53,330 bases of DNA from a virus (taxonomy: Duplodnaviria; Caudoviricetes), in IMG/VR virus record IMGVR_UViG_3300037010_000252, positions 1 through 53,330 of that record; one strand, written 5' to 3'. Positions within the stretch are counted from its first letter, which is position 1; each line of letters opens with the position of its first letter. The position numbers and the translations under genes are program-made. The notes beneath the pieces are model-generated. The model saw only the letters and a list, made by a program, of their open reading frames with translations, was not told where the DNA came from and did not search any database. This document shows positions 23,374 through 33,725 of the stretch, piece by piece.

Positions 23374-25449
23374 TCACTGAACTCCATAGATAGCATATAG
23401 TGATTTAATTTGCGCAGGATCGGTTATCCCCTTCGCTTTGGCGGCCGCATCGACCTGCTCCTTGGTGACTGACATGCCGCCAGCCTGTGTTCCTCCATTC
23501 ATCCCGACGTACTGCCCGGTGCGCGTGTTGAACGGAACCTTGAGTTTAATCGGATTGCCAAGCGCGTCAACACCGCTCTCGATTTCGGCAAGGATGTACT
23601 TATCGTAGTTAGTGCCTCTGGCTGCGTTCAGTTGAGAAAGCAAAGATTCTCGTGTCTTGTCGTCCTTGGCGTTCATGAACTCGGCAAGCAGTTTGTCCTG
23701 CGTTGCCGATCTGTCGTTCTCCAACTTGGCTCCACGTGTGCGCTCCTGGTCGTAGGCATTGAGGGGCTTCGGAGTGAGATCTGCGGCGATCTTGAGCTTT
23801 GTGGCCTCGAGGTTAGATGCATTAGTACTCTGGTTATTTAAGACCAGTGCAGCGTTGCTGTTTCCGCTGAGTGCGGCATTTCGCATCCCATCCATATAAA
23901 TGCTGTCAAGACTTGCCTTGTCCTGCGCTGCTTGCGCCTGTCCATTCTTTAGGTTTGCAGCATCGCTTGCCTGCCGTTCGGCCATGATCTGTGCGCCGGT
24001 CTTGCCGTTGGAGAATTTGGAGGCAATATACGGGTTAGGCGTAGAGTCTCCGTATGAAACACGACCATCCTTGCCGACCGATTTGGTAACACCTCCGTAG
24101 CCGTCCATAGCGAAGCGGGCATTGTCAGCCGCAACGCTTTGCGAAGTGTTCTGTCTGGCGCGAATACCCTTGTTAACGATGTCCACCATTTGCGGGCTGA
24201 GCTCCGACGCCGTGCGGTTTTTGTAAAACGTCTCTGCCGCTGCCGGGTCATTGAACTTCGTATCTCCCTGCGCATCGTTGAATTTCTGTGCGAACCTGCC
24301 AGCCTGCTCGGCAAGCAGCGCATCATTGTTTGCTGTGAAAGTTGAATCAGCCAGCGCCTTGCTGTTGAGTGTTCCATCCGGCGCGCGAACACTGGCAGGG
24401 AGGGTGGCTTCAGCCGATGTAGCAGTGGTTGACGGTACTACGGATGGCGCTGCAGCAACATTCCCGCTTTGGGCGGCCTGAACCACTGGCTGTGCTTGGA
24501 CAGCTTTGTTATTAGGCGACGATTGACCAGCAATGCTAGGTTGCGCGGCTGCATTACCGCTGTCACCGAACAATGGCTTCCCAACAAATTCTCGACCGAC
24601 ATACTTTTGTCCGGTGTATCCGGTACGAATATCTGCCCCAAAGGAGTCCGCCGCGTTGGCAATTGGGGCGGCAATTGCCCCAGGAATGTTGTTGGCGATT
24701 GACAGCGCGGCCTGACGTGTATTCTCAAGACTCCTTGCTGCATTTCCGATAGCCTCGCCTGTACCGCTTGCTACGTTTGCTACTACACGAGATGCTGCAC
24801 CGATGTTCTGTCCAACAGGCTGCGACGGAGGCGCAGTGCCAAACATTGCTTCTCCAAGCGTCGGGATCGTACTTGCTGGCTTGTAAAAGTCAGAAACCCA
24901 AGGCTTTTTTTTGTCTGTTTGGCCTCCGTCAGCCATCCCCCGCATGATTGCTGGCTTGTTCTTAGGGTCAACGAACTTATGTGTCTTGGCTCTGATTGCG
25001 TCAAGGGCTTTCTGGCCTCCCATCGCCTGAACTGTATCTGCGGGAAGAACGTATTCACCATTGGATAGCGCAACAGGCCCTACTTTGTCATCTGTCTTGC
25101 CTCCTGGGCCATACACCTTTCCACCATGTCCGCGCTCGATTTTGGCAGCATTGCCGCGCTTCATTCCTCCATCTTTCATGCCTCGGCGTTGTGCTTCAAG
25201 CATCTCGGCAGGAGGGGTAGCGCCATCCCTGATCCGCGACATTCCGCCCTTGCCAGCCGGTGCCGAAATGGTTTGGGTTTGGCTGCCGGTGGCATCATCC
25301 AGTGCGGATTCAATCCTGTTGCCACGTGTAGCTAGCGCAATACCAGCATCTCGCGCCATCCCTGTGCCGAGCATGTACGGGTTCGCTCCGCCGTTGGCCA
25401 TCCTCGGAATGCCGCAGGCAATCGACGCCTTTTTGTTGTGCTTCTTCAT
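23374..25449 (-). CDS. putative ejection/internal virion protein
   Basis: 691 aa, Ala/Gly/Gln-rich; GPGGKTDDKVGPVALSNGEYVLPADTV motif and three M[AK][ND]GG repeats; AGGAG SD; directly upstream of the giant gene. Confidence 0.7.
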   Translation of the reverse strand: MKKHNKKASIACGIPRMANGGANPYMLGTGMARDAGIALATRGNRIESALDDATGSQTQTISAPAGKGGMSRIRDGATPPAEMLEAQRRGMKDGGMKRGNAAKIERGHGGKVYGPGGKTDDKVGPVALSNGEYVLPADTVQAMGGQKALDAIRAKTHKFVDPKNKPAIMRGMADGGQTDKKKPWVSDFYKPASTIPTLGEAMFGTAPPSQPVGQNIGAASRVVANVASGTGEAIGNAARSLENTRQAALSIANNIPGAIAAPIANAADSFGADIRTGYTGQKYVGREFVGKPLFGDSGNAAAQPSIAGQSSPNNKAVQAQPVVQAAQSGNVAAAPSVVPSTTATSAEATLPASVRAPDGTLNSKALADSTFTANNDALLAEQAGRFAQKFNDAQGDTKFNDPAAAETFYKNRTASELSPQMVDIVNKGIRARQNTSQSVAADNARFAMDGYGGVTKSVGKDGRVSYGDSTPNPYIASKFSNGKTGAQIMAERQASDAANLKNGQAQAAQDKASLDSIYMDGMRNAALSGNSNAALVLNNQSTNASNLEATKLKIAADLTPKPLNAYDQERTRGAKLENDRSATQDKLLAEFMNAKDDKTRESLLSQLNAARGTNYDKYILAEIESGVDALGNPIKLKVPFNTRTGQYVGMNGGTQAGGMSVTKEQVDAAAKAKGITDPAQIKSLYAIYGVQ

Positions 25450-25467
25450 GGTAATTCTCCTGATTCC

Positions 25468-26424
25468 TTACTGAAAGACGTTTTCGGCATGAGAAACGAT
25501 GGTACTGATAGCGTTCAGTGCAGACGCCGCAGCACGTGCAAATGCCTCTGCCTCAGCGACGACTGCACTTGCAGCAGTTGATGCAGCCTTGCTGTAACCG
25601 TCAATGTTAAGCCCCTGCTCCTTGAGTGAGGCTTCTTGGTTCGATAACGTTATCTTCATTGCCATCTCATCGCGCGCGAGACGTGCTCGGTACAAGTCTG
25701 CTGTTGCCGCCATCATGCGTGCTTTGGCGTCTAACCTTATCGACGCCACCCGCGCCGCAGTGTCCGCACCAGACACAATCGAACGGATGTAGTCAGCGGC
25801 AGCCTGTATCGCAGACATGCGAGACTTGATCGCATTATCGACGGCAAAGCGCAGGTTTTCGACCGACATATCAGCCTGCTTGATCGCCGCATCGCGTGAC
25901 GCAGCCTGCAAACTCTCAAGTTGGTCTGACTTTATCTTCGCAAGCCGCGCGGCTGCTGCGCCCGGAGGAATACTGAATCCGCGCCCAGAAAATTCGCTGA
26001 GTGTCTGTGCTTCCAGTCTCATTCCATCGGCAATTACCCTGTCGCGGTCTCGGCCCCATATCTGAGCCTCTACGTCCGGGTTAATCCCGGTTCCGCCAAG
26101 CGTGATCGAGTTCACAAGCCAGTTAGTGGCCTCGTCGAATGCGTCTGCTGCCAGCGGGTAATACTTGACGAAAAACCCCGCAAGCTCGTCCGATAGCATG
26201 GCCATTATTTTGTCTAGTTGCGCATCGAATGTGAGCGTTGGGTTCTCGACATCGGGAACGTTTGGCTCAATCGCGGTGATCGTATAGGACGCCTTGGTCG
26301 ATGACGCCCTAGGCCCGGACATAGCTCGTGTGACAGCGTTGGTGATAATCGCATCGACCGTGCCTAGATAGCCAGATGCGAGCGCGCGCTGGTTAAATAC
26401 TTCTGTGGTTGCGCTGTCTGACAT
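25468..26424 (-). CDS. putative internal virion/structural protein (helical, Ala-rich)
   Basis: 318 aa; RGF..PPG motif; lies in the virion module. Confidence 0.65.
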   Translation of the reverse strand: MSDSATTEVFNQRALASGYLGTVDAIITNAVTRAMSGPRASSTKASYTITAIEPNVPDVENPTLTFDAQLDKIMAMLSDELAGFFVKYYPLAADAFDEATNWLVNSITLGGTGINPDVEAQIWGRDRDRVIADGMRLEAQTLSEFSGRGFSIPPGAAAARLAKIKSDQLESLQAASRDAAIKQADMSVENLRFAVDNAIKSRMSAIQAAADYIRSIVSGADTAARVASIRLDAKARMMAATADLYRARLARDEMAMKITLSNQEASLKEQGLNIDGYSKAASTAASAVVAEAEAFARAAASALNAISTIVSHAENVFQ

Positions 26425-28445
26425 TAAATTCTCCGTGTCCCGTCTGTGGTCAATAGGCCGACAGAAGCGATCTCAAAATCCGCGCCGTCCTTGTTTTTCA
26501 GAGTTAACCCTAGCATGTTCGCCTTTAACCCACGCCCGAGATCGACCCGGTGTTGTTTGAACGTGCCATCATCGCTGCTGCGCGTCTCGTAGGTGTAGAT
26601 CTTTCCATCTGCATCCACCTCAAGTTTCAGAACGTCAGTAGAAGATGCTGCGATGTAGACATTTGGCAGCATTTTCTGCAACGTAGTCGCCATATCCATC
26701 TTGCCGATGTTTGCCAGAGAGTTGATCTGCGCTCCGGCATCGGTTGGGCCTTCTAGCCTATATACACCATCGGCCGCAACGCCATAGGCCACCCCCGCGC
26801 GGGTGAAGAAACTGTTGAAACAATATCCATCGTACTGACTGGATGCATTTGTTTCCTGGTTCACCACCCATACCACGCCGTTGGTAGGCAGGTCAGCTAG
26901 GTCGTTTAGGCTAGATGTCTGCAATGACATCCCACGCAGCATGGACAGAAGTTCATATCCATAGACGCCGGACAGGGAGAACGAGTCGGACTGCTGAAGA
27001 ATAGATAGCAGCTCAAGCGCCTGCTCTCGTGAGAGAGTCAACGATGACGTGATTCGCCCTTCGCTGTTGAGGATCAGGAACAGGTCGTACTTCATCGCGT
27101 TACCGGAAATAATGACCCCTGTGCTGACCAGAAGCATTTCATTGTCCTTGATGAATCCGCCAGATCCGAATGCAAATGGGGATGGAAGCGTAACCGATCC
27201 AATGCCATACTCAGTTTCTGCGGCCTGTGACAAGAACAATGGCAATGCGCTATCGCCATTACCTACGTCAGTCTCGGTGCCTGCACCCCATACTGTCATG
27301 AATGGAAGATTGATATAACCGGAAGTAGGCTTTTCTGGAATGAAGTCCCCATCAATGCCGCTGACCGATAACTCCGGTAATGTGGCATAACCGAAACCAA
27401 GGTATTCAGAATCAGGGTCGCTGCCAAATACTTTCATCGCCAGCAGCGTAATCGACCCGCGCCCGCCCACTTCGGCATCAGCTTCCATGTCACCGTCGCC
27501 GGTAATCGTAGCGTCTAGCTGTCCAGCTACCCCAAAGTCTCCACTGAGCGCGCCGTAGCCGGACATAATCACCGAAGTTCTAAACGACACCAGCAAGTCT
27601 CCGCTGCCAGTCATTTCGGCGCGCACCTGCGGTTTCATGGTGATCTCGCCTGACCCGCGCATGACTACGGATGGCTCTAGCACCGTAGTTACAGAAGTGC
27701 TGCTGACGAACTTCGCGCTAGAAACCTCATCTCCGCCAGAGTACAGCATTCCGTAGGCGTATAGGATGCTGCGCTGGTCGTATGTTCTGACATTGCTGAT
27801 ATGTACAAGTCCGCCAGCGGTGTAGGCAATGCGCCCATCAGCCAGCCGTAGAATGCGGACAGCAAGCCCAAACGTGTTTGTTGCCGCCAGCAGCGCCACC
27901 TTCGCGCCGGACTCGAAGGCGTAGATTCCTGACGTGTCAACCAATACCCCGCACTTGAACTTGCTGACCCTCATGCCCTCCATGCCGATAGGGCCTATAC
28001 CAACCAAAGCGGCATAGGTGCCAGGCTTCACCGTGAACTCAAGGTATGAGGAGGTGTCCAGCGTTCCTACCGTTCGCGCGTAGCTGTTCCATCCCTGGTT
28101 GAGAGATATTTTGAACTGCTCTTGAGTCGGAGGTGAGGCTGGCACGGCAGGAACGGCTGCGGTCGGCGGGTAGTAGACAAGAAAGTCGTATGTGTTACAA
28201 ACCGTTTGTCCGTGGCCGGATGAAGGTGCCGTAATACTGATAGTTCCTGGATACCCGTTTCCTACAACAAGCGAGTCGCTGTCTGTAGAACTAAATGATG
28301 TAACATCCACGGAATATGAGACGTAGCACAGGGTCTGTGGCTCGATGGCTACATGCGCAGGCTTGGCAGGAATATATGGGCTACCAGGGCCTCCTGGGCT
28401 GTTAGGAATATAGGTTCCGATGACGTTCTTGATGAGTGACCCCAT
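26424..28445 (-). CDS. putative tail/structural protein
   Basis: 673 aa beta-rich; C-terminal WVVN....S.Y....FNSF...G.Y.L.G domain seen in podovirus-type tail modules; AAGGA SD. Confidence 0.6.
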   Translation of the reverse strand: MGSLIKNVIGTYIPNSPGGPGSPYIPAKPAHVAIEPQTLCYVSYSVDVTSFSSTDSDSLVVGNGYPGTISITAPSSGHGQTVCNTYDFLVYYPPTAAVPAVPASPPTQEQFKISLNQGWNSYARTVGTLDTSSYLEFTVKPGTYAALVGIGPIGMEGMRVSKFKCGVLVDTSGIYAFESGAKVALLAATNTFGLAVRILRLADGRIAYTAGGLVHISNVRTYDQRSILYAYGMLYSGGDEVSSAKFVSSTSVTTVLEPSVVMRGSGEITMKPQVRAEMTGSGDLLVSFRTSVIMSGYGALSGDFGVAGQLDATITGDGDMEADAEVGGRGSITLLAMKVFGSDPDSEYLGFGYATLPELSVSGIDGDFIPEKPTSGYINLPFMTVWGAGTETDVGNGDSALPLFLSQAAETEYGIGSVTLPSPFAFGSGGFIKDNEMLLVSTGVIISGNAMKYDLFLILNSEGRITSSLTLSREQALELLSILQQSDSFSLSGVYGYELLSMLRGMSLQTSSLNDLADLPTNGVVWVVNQETNASSQYDGYCFNSFFTRAGVAYGVAADGVYRLEGPTDAGAQINSLANIGKMDMATTLQKMLPNVYIAASSTDVLKLEVDADGKIYTYETRSSDDGTFKQHRVDLGRGLKANMLGLTLKNKDGADFEIASVGLLTTDGTRRI

Positions 28446-28489
28446 AATCTATCCTTGTCTGCTGCTGTGTAGGCTGTAGGACACCTGGG

Positions 28490-28951
28490 TCATGACAATA
28501 TCTCTTCCTGTCCGCTTAATGATGTCCAGAACGCCACAGGGGTATTTTTCATGGTAAATTCAAACGTCGAAGAGTCAAGTTCTCCGCTGTTACCGAAACT
28601 ATTAAGAAAAGTGACGATAATGTAACCAATCTGCGCATTGATCGTAGTGTCAGTCGTGCCGGAATAACCAGAAAACAATAATACACCGGTAGGACTGAAC
28701 ACCTCCGCCATGCATATCTGGCACGAATTACCTCCAGACATGCGCGCAACAAGCATCGTCATCGGAGAAAGCGGAGTGAGTCTTATCGCGTCTCCGTATG
28801 CCGGTCTACCGCTCCCAAGCCACCATGCGTCTCCCCACGCACCACCGCCAGGCGGCCCGATGAGAAATGATCCAGATTCAACCGCGATGCTGAATAGAGA
28901 ACTAGTCAGACCTTCATAGTTAGGGTCGCGCCCATGCGAGAAACAAGGCAT
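28490..28951 (-). CDS. hypothetical structural protein
   Basis: GGAGG SD; 153 aa. Confidence 0.65.
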   Translation of the reverse strand: MPCFSHGRDPNYEGLTSSLFSIAVESGSFLIGPPGGGAWGDAWWLGSGRPAYGDAIRLTPLSPMTMLVARMSGGNSCQICMAEVFSPTGVLLFSGYSGTTDTTINAQIGYIIVTFLNSFGNSGELDSSTFEFTMKNTPVAFWTSLSGQEEILS

Positions 28952-28962
28952 CTAGTGTCCTC

Positions 28963-30435
28963 CTAAAACCATAGCGCGCGAGTCGGGGAACTTTTACTAG
29001 CCAGTTCCGCAAACTTGTGGTCTCCAAAAACCGCTACGTCCGCGCGGCTAATCCTTCCGTCTGCGACCTTGCCGCGTGCAATCCATTTTGACTCGGCAGA
29101 TGAGTCGTATTCGTACAGCTTAGTCACGCCATCAGCAAAGATTAACGCCAGCGCCTTGGTTTCCGAAGAACTTGCGCTTACTGTACGGTGCCTGACGATA
29201 ACGCCGGGAGGATGATTGAACAATGTCCATCCACCAAACGGAGAACCGTAATACACGGCATTAAAAAAGTCATTGCTATTGGCATCTCGTATTTCGCATA
29301 TGTAATACCCTGGTGACACCTCGGAGATCACAGCTAACTGTGTTGTGTTGTCATACGCCGGTAAGACAATATCCTTCACATTGACAGTCCCATCCAAGGA
29401 AAACACTACGCCTTTTATCTTGTCATCAGGCGGTACTGGCCCCCAAAAACACACGTCGCGCAGGCCATAGCTAAAGCTGCCGCGATTGTATGGAGGCCAG
29501 TTAAACGGCCAGTAAACACCTATCAGGTTATACATTGCGGTGATGAGTTGTGACTCCGAGCCATCCCCTGAGCATGGCGCAGGCAAACCGAACGCCTGGG
29601 CGATTGCTTGCGAATTAACCTGACCAGCAAACGACAATACTCCGTTGGAAAATGGGTCGCTTCCGACCTCTTGTACATAAGCCAGAACTTGAGTCGGCCC
29701 AAGAACTTCCGAGCACTTTCCGTCGTTGTGTACTACATATATCATGGCAGCGTTCTCACCCCATATAGGGCGCATGTAGTGTGCCTTGCCGCGAAACCCA
29801 GGGAACTGACCTTTGACCGACAGCGAAGACGTGATACGCAGACCTCCGCGCACAACAGAAACCAAGAACTGATCGAAGTCTGTTGAGGATGATGTAGTGT
29901 TCGTGGACATACTATAAAAGTTGCCGCCGAGCGTGAATCCGTATCCTACAAATGGTGTTGTAGACGGGGATTTTTCGGATTGGTCAAAAACCCCATTCAA
30001 ATACCCTGTACTATCTGTTGGATCACTGACGATGATCGGCCGTGGCGCATACCATGATCCAGAAAGCGTGCCATATACCCCTAGCGAGGCGAAGAAGTCA
30101 GACGACCCGTGATACATTACTTCTCCAAGCCCGCTAAACAGTGCGGTAGGAGCATTTCCTTCGGATGGGGGGCGCGACATTGTGAGCACGAAGTCACCTC
30201 CGTACTGATCGCAGTAGCGGTATTCGTATTTGCCACCTGTAAAGTCAACCACGACGGCCCCAGGAGGAGCGATAATGCGCGCCTCGTCGATGCCATCTAT
30301 CGTGGACAGCCTGATTAGGTATCCGCTGATGATGTAGCTCTTGGAAGTAATCCCCATATCCTTGAGCATCTTCATCTTCTGCTTGACGAATGGCCGCCAT
30401 GCGTCACTGCGAATGCCATTGGTGACGATGTTCAT
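28963..30435 (-). CDS. hypothetical structural protein
   Basis: 490-aa ORF in the structural module. Confidence 0.7.
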   Translation of the reverse strand: MNIVTNGIRSDAWRPFVKQKMKMLKDMGITSKSYIISGYLIRLSTIDGIDEARIIAPPGAVVVDFTGGKYEYRYCDQYGGDFVLTMSRPPSEGNAPTALFSGLGEVMYHGSSDFFASLGVYGTLSGSWYAPRPIIVSDPTDSTGYLNGVFDQSEKSPSTTPFVGYGFTLGGNFYSMSTNTTSSSTDFDQFLVSVVRGGLRITSSLSVKGQFPGFRGKAHYMRPIWGENAAMIYVVHNDGKCSEVLGPTQVLAYVQEVGSDPFSNGVLSFAGQVNSQAIAQAFGLPAPCSGDGSESQLITAMYNLIGVYWPFNWPPYNRGSFSYGLRDVCFWGPVPPDDKIKGVVFSLDGTVNVKDIVLPAYDNTTQLAVISEVSPGYYICEIRDANSNDFFNAVYYGSPFGGWTLFNHPPGVIVRHRTVSASSSETKALALIFADGVTKLYEYDSSAESKWIARGKVADGRISRADVAVFGDHKFAELASKSSPTRALWF

Positions 30436-30453
30436 TCGTTGCGCTGACCTGAG

Positions 30454-30498
30454 AATGTCGCCATACCAAGGTCGAACGCCATATCAACCCCTTACGCC
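30454..30498 (-). promoter_or_regulatory. putative late promoter (GGCGTAAGGGGT-N27-GACATT)
   Basis: variant of the shared late motif. Confidence 0.35.
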
Positions 30499-30929
30499 GT
30501 AGGCATTGCGACGTTGAAACTGTCGATGTTCTTGTAGTTGCCTGATACGAAGTTTACGCTGCTGAAAATCAGGTCAGCACCAACTACGCCTACAGTGCCC
30601 TGCAGGCGATTGTTTGTAGTGCTCATGGTGCCATCGTCAGTAAGCCCCTGGAAGCGGTAGAACGAAGCAGTTCCGTTGGCGACGATCAGTCCGCGCCAGA
30701 CTTCCGAGGGATTCTTCCCAAGCACTCCGGAAGTGGAAGAAGTTGCCATTGTGATACCAGTGCCAGCAGCGTTGTTGGATATAATGCACAGCAACGTATT
30801 GCCAGACAGCGCAGCGTCTGCGGTTGCTGGCTCCGCTCCGTCGTATATGAAGATCGCGCCGCCATCGACGCCAGATTTGAAGTTTCCTGTGGTCAGCAGA
30901 TAGTCGCGCAGTCCGGTACTAAGTTTCAT
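30492..30929 (-). CDS. virion structural protein
   Basis: LSTGLR...I.IY.G..PA.ADAA....LL.I...GTA.FYR...R.QG.VG pattern; AGGAG SD. Confidence 0.7.
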   Translation of the reverse strand: MKLSTGLRDYLLTTGNFKSGVDGGAIFIYDGAEPATADAALSGNTLLCIISNNAAGTGITMATSSTSGVLGKNPSEVWRGLIVANGTASFYRFQGLTDDGTMSTTNNRLQGTVGVVGADLIFSSVNFVSGNYKNIDSFNVAMPTA

Positions 30930-30941
30930 GTCGTGCTCCTA

Positions 30942-31337
30942 TTAAGTTAGTGCGGCGATGCCACGTCCGATGCCAAGAACCAGTGAGCTGTTTGCGACTA
31001 CTGTTTCCGGCACCGCCAGCGCGCCTCCGATAAGAAAGTTTCCTCCGGTTGGGCCTACGGTGTCCCATACGCCGATGTGCGTAACGATGTATGTAGTGGC
31101 CGCTGAGTTAGCAGTCCAACTCAAGGCAGCGGTGTTTGCGGACTGCCCAGAAGCAGCCGCGCCGAATACGACAGCCTTACGGATATAGGCGGAGTCAGTT
31201 GAAACCAGAACTTCGTTCGCTCCAGTGGTTCCAGGGTCGGCTACATGAAGGGAAATGAACCACGTGGTAGGGCGTGTTGCCGCACCAGAGGTGAGCATCC
31301 AGTTGAGCAGCAGGTTTCGTGCGTATGCGCTAATCAT
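30942..31337 (-). CDS. virion structural/tail-associated protein
   Basis: LH.ADPG.TGANEV...Y.R.AV.F...THIGVWD....GN pattern; AAGGA SD. Confidence 0.7.
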   Translation of the reverse strand: MISAYARNLLLNWMLTSGAATRPTTWFISLHVADPGTTGANEVLVSTDSAYIRKAVVFGAAASGQSANTAALSWTANSAATTYIVTHIGVWDTVGPTGGNFLIGGALAVPETVVANSSLVLGIGRGIAALT

Positions 31338-31346
31338 ATCGAGTCC

Positions 31347-31859
31347 TTAAACGGTAACGAGAGAGAGTCCGGCGGTCACGCGCAGCGACTCGCCTGCGGC
31401 TACTGTCTTTGGAGAGCTGGCAAGCACGGCAGACAACAATACACCGGTGGTTCCACCCTTGACCGATCCGGAACTGATGAATCCGCCGCGCACTGTCTTG
31501 GCCGCCGTGAAGGTGAAGGTAGCGGGCGCCGCTCCATTGACGTACACACCGTTGGTAAGCGCGTCTGGCACGATCAGTACGCGCGTGGATTCCGAGTACG
31601 CTGTTGTAATTTCGGTCGCGGTGGCGGGGAATGCGGACATATTGTCGCCAGTTGCCGGAGAGTGCGCGCCTTCGTACAGCCCAATGTACCAGCTAGAAAA
31701 CTGGCTGCCTCCAAGAAGCGCCACATTCAGGATGTAGTCGCGCCCCTCATCCGGGATCATGTTGTTCTCGGTGAAATCCCATTTCAGGTTTCCGAGCGTA
31801 TCGAAGCACTCGAACTTGTATTTGAAACCGATACGACATTTACTGATGTCCATGCTCAT
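31347..31859 (-). CDS. virion structural protein
   Basis: N.IP.EG..Y.L...WYIGL...VRGGF.S...KG.T.GVL.S pattern; coupled to the upstream gene. Confidence 0.7.
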   Translation of the reverse strand: MSMDISKCRIGFKYKFECFDTLGNLKWDFTENNMIPDEGRDYILNVALLGGSQFSSWYIGLYEGAHSPATGDNMSAFPATATEITTAYSESTRVLIVPDALTNGVYVNGAAPATFTFTAAKTVRGGFISSGSVKGGTTGVLLSAVLASSPKTVAAGESLRVTAGLSLVTV

Positions 31860-33088
31860 CCCGCCTTCCTGATGACTTCCATTTCGATAAATGACGACGC
31901 CGCAAGCGGTGAAACCGTGCTGTTTTGAACGCTTGCGACGAATTGCTTGATGCCGTTGTGCTCGCGCAGCATCGCAGCACCAGAGGTGCCAGTATCGGCT
32001 GCCACGTTATCTTCCTGCATATTGACTAGCTGGCCGTCCTTTCTCCCGGTGACGGCGCCGCGCGTGCTGTACCACATGGCGTTCCCGGTAGCGCGGTCGA
32101 TCAGGCTGGTGCCTGGAACAGCGCCGTAGCTAACTTGCTCGGCAATCACCGGAGTTTCCCTTGTCTCTCCACTCAGCAGGAATGTCTTGTCGGTGGTCGC
32201 AATCCACACTCCAGCATCTACCGCTTCAATCACGGCTATGTCGTGCTCGAACTGTATGTAGTTGTTTGCCAGTCTGAAATGGCTAAAGGCGAACGGCTCG
32301 GAGTACCACAGCACTTTTCCGTCGGCTACGTACATGCGGCCTTTGTACTGGCGGATTATTGAACCTGCCGGTGGTGCGTCGATGAACTGCTTGTCGAGCG
32401 CAGCGCCGCTGCCGGGATCGGTGTAGACTGTGAAGCTCCCTGCGGTGGTATCGCCAACGTGATACAGGGTCTTTCCGTTGACCGTGCTTAGATATAGGCG
32501 CAGCGTTGCGTCTCCTCGTTGCGGAAGGCCGATGAACTGGATACTCGATGACGTGGTGACGGTGATAGAAGATAGCTCACTGGCACCATGTTCGATGCCG
32601 TCTGGAGTCAAGTAGGTGAGTGCTGCCAGATATGTTCCTTTGGGAAGCACGCCGTATGATGAACCCATCAATGGCGCACTAGGAACGTCATATCCCCATC
32701 GCGTCAGCGTTCCGTTGGCGAGCAGCTTGCGAGTCATGATGCCATCGCTAAAGTACAGTACGCCGTCGAAGTACTCGTAGGCAACAGGCCCATGTACCGA
32801 GCACACATCGCTGGCGGTGTCATCGTCGTTCAGCAGCTTGAGAGTATGTCCGTCAACGAAGAATGTGCCACCTGCGCAGGAATATCCGCTGTGCGCGCCG
32901 ACCGCAGGCGTGACGCGGGTGAAACCATCTCTGCGGCTAAGGTATCCACGATTGTCGATGTTCACGTTTACGGCGTTGCGCAGCGCGACTTTATTGCCGT
33001 CTTGGTTAGTCGGTAGGGCATAATCCGGCGCACGATTGTTCATGCCGATGGGCCAAGGCCCGATTGCCTTTGGTGTACCGGTTGCCAT
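31856..33088 (-). CDS. putative tail nozzle/stabilisation protein
   Basis: 410 aa; G.NN...LR.A.NV.ID..G...RR.G start and GR.YVA....LWYSEP; follows the adaptor gene. Confidence 0.6.
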   Translation of the reverse strand: MATGTPKAIGPWPIGMNNRAPDYALPTNQDGNKVALRNAVNVNIDNRGYLSRRDGFTRVTPAVGAHSGYSCAGGTFFVDGHTLKLLNDDDTASDVCSVHGPVAYEYFDGVLYFSDGIMTRKLLANGTLTRWGYDVPSAPLMGSSYGVLPKGTYLAALTYLTPDGIEHGASELSSITVTTSSSIQFIGLPQRGDATLRLYLSTVNGKTLYHVGDTTAGSFTVYTDPGSGAALDKQFIDAPPAGSIIRQYKGRMYVADGKVLWYSEPFAFSHFRLANNYIQFEHDIAVIEAVDAGVWIATTDKTFLLSGETRETPVIAEQVSYGAVPGTSLIDRATGNAMWYSTRGAVTGRKDGQLVNMQEDNVAADTGTSGAAMLREHNGIKQFVASVQNSTVSPLAASSFIEMEVIRKAG

Positions 33089-33089
33089 G

Positions 33090-33722
33090 TCAGAACACGC
33101 AGCGGGTTACATGCCGCCTGCGTTCTCCGTGTTTGCGCCGCACATTGGCGTCGATTCTCTGTCCGAAGTTGGCGATAAATTCGGCCTCGTGGCGGTCGGC
33201 CTTGCCTTGGTCGAAGCTATCGCTGTCAGTCTTTAGATATGCCAGGTGAAGCGCCCAATCCAGAAGTTTTGCGTGATACCTTGCATTGATCTCAGGTGTA
33301 TCCGTATCCGCAGTCATTTGAGTGTTTGGAAGTCGGTACATTCCAAGACGCAATGTTCCTGAAAAATCAGGGGTAAAATTGAGTTCGATGGATGTTCGAT
33401 CTGGAATTAGGAACAATGCTCTATAACGCATCTCGCGGCGGTCGATGATCGGAATTTTATCCGGTTCGATTGCGGGCGGTATCGTCAATTCGGCGTAATC
33501 AAGCCTAACGACGTTTGCTGTCAGTGGATAACGCTTGGTTCCTGGAACTACGTTAATCAGCGACGTCGCGCTGGTGTCGTCGTAAATCAAGCTGGCACGC
33601 TCTGCCGCTTCGTTTTCTGCTTCGTTAAGGAATCCATCAATCTCCGGGTCGCCCCACAGATATGGGGCCGCAATGTCCCCGGACTTGATCCTGAACAGTG
33701 ATCGCAGTTCGGCCAGGGTCAT
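33090..33722 (-). CDS. head-tail adaptor protein
   Basis: MTL.EL...FR....D...PYLW.D.E...LNEA..EA..R and PEI...H..L.DW....AY.K.D.D..D...A......F...FG. Confidence 0.75.
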   Translation of the reverse strand: MTLAELRSLFRIKSGDIAAPYLWGDPEIDGFLNEAENEAAERASLIYDDTSATSLINVVPGTKRYPLTANVVRLDYAELTIPPAIEPDKIPIIDRREMRYRALFLIPDRTSIELNFTPDFSGTLRLGMYRLPNTQMTADTDTPEINARYHAKLLDWALHLAYLKTDSDSFDQGKADRHEAEFIANFGQRIDANVRRKHGERRRHVTRCVF

Positions 33723-33725
33723 TTG

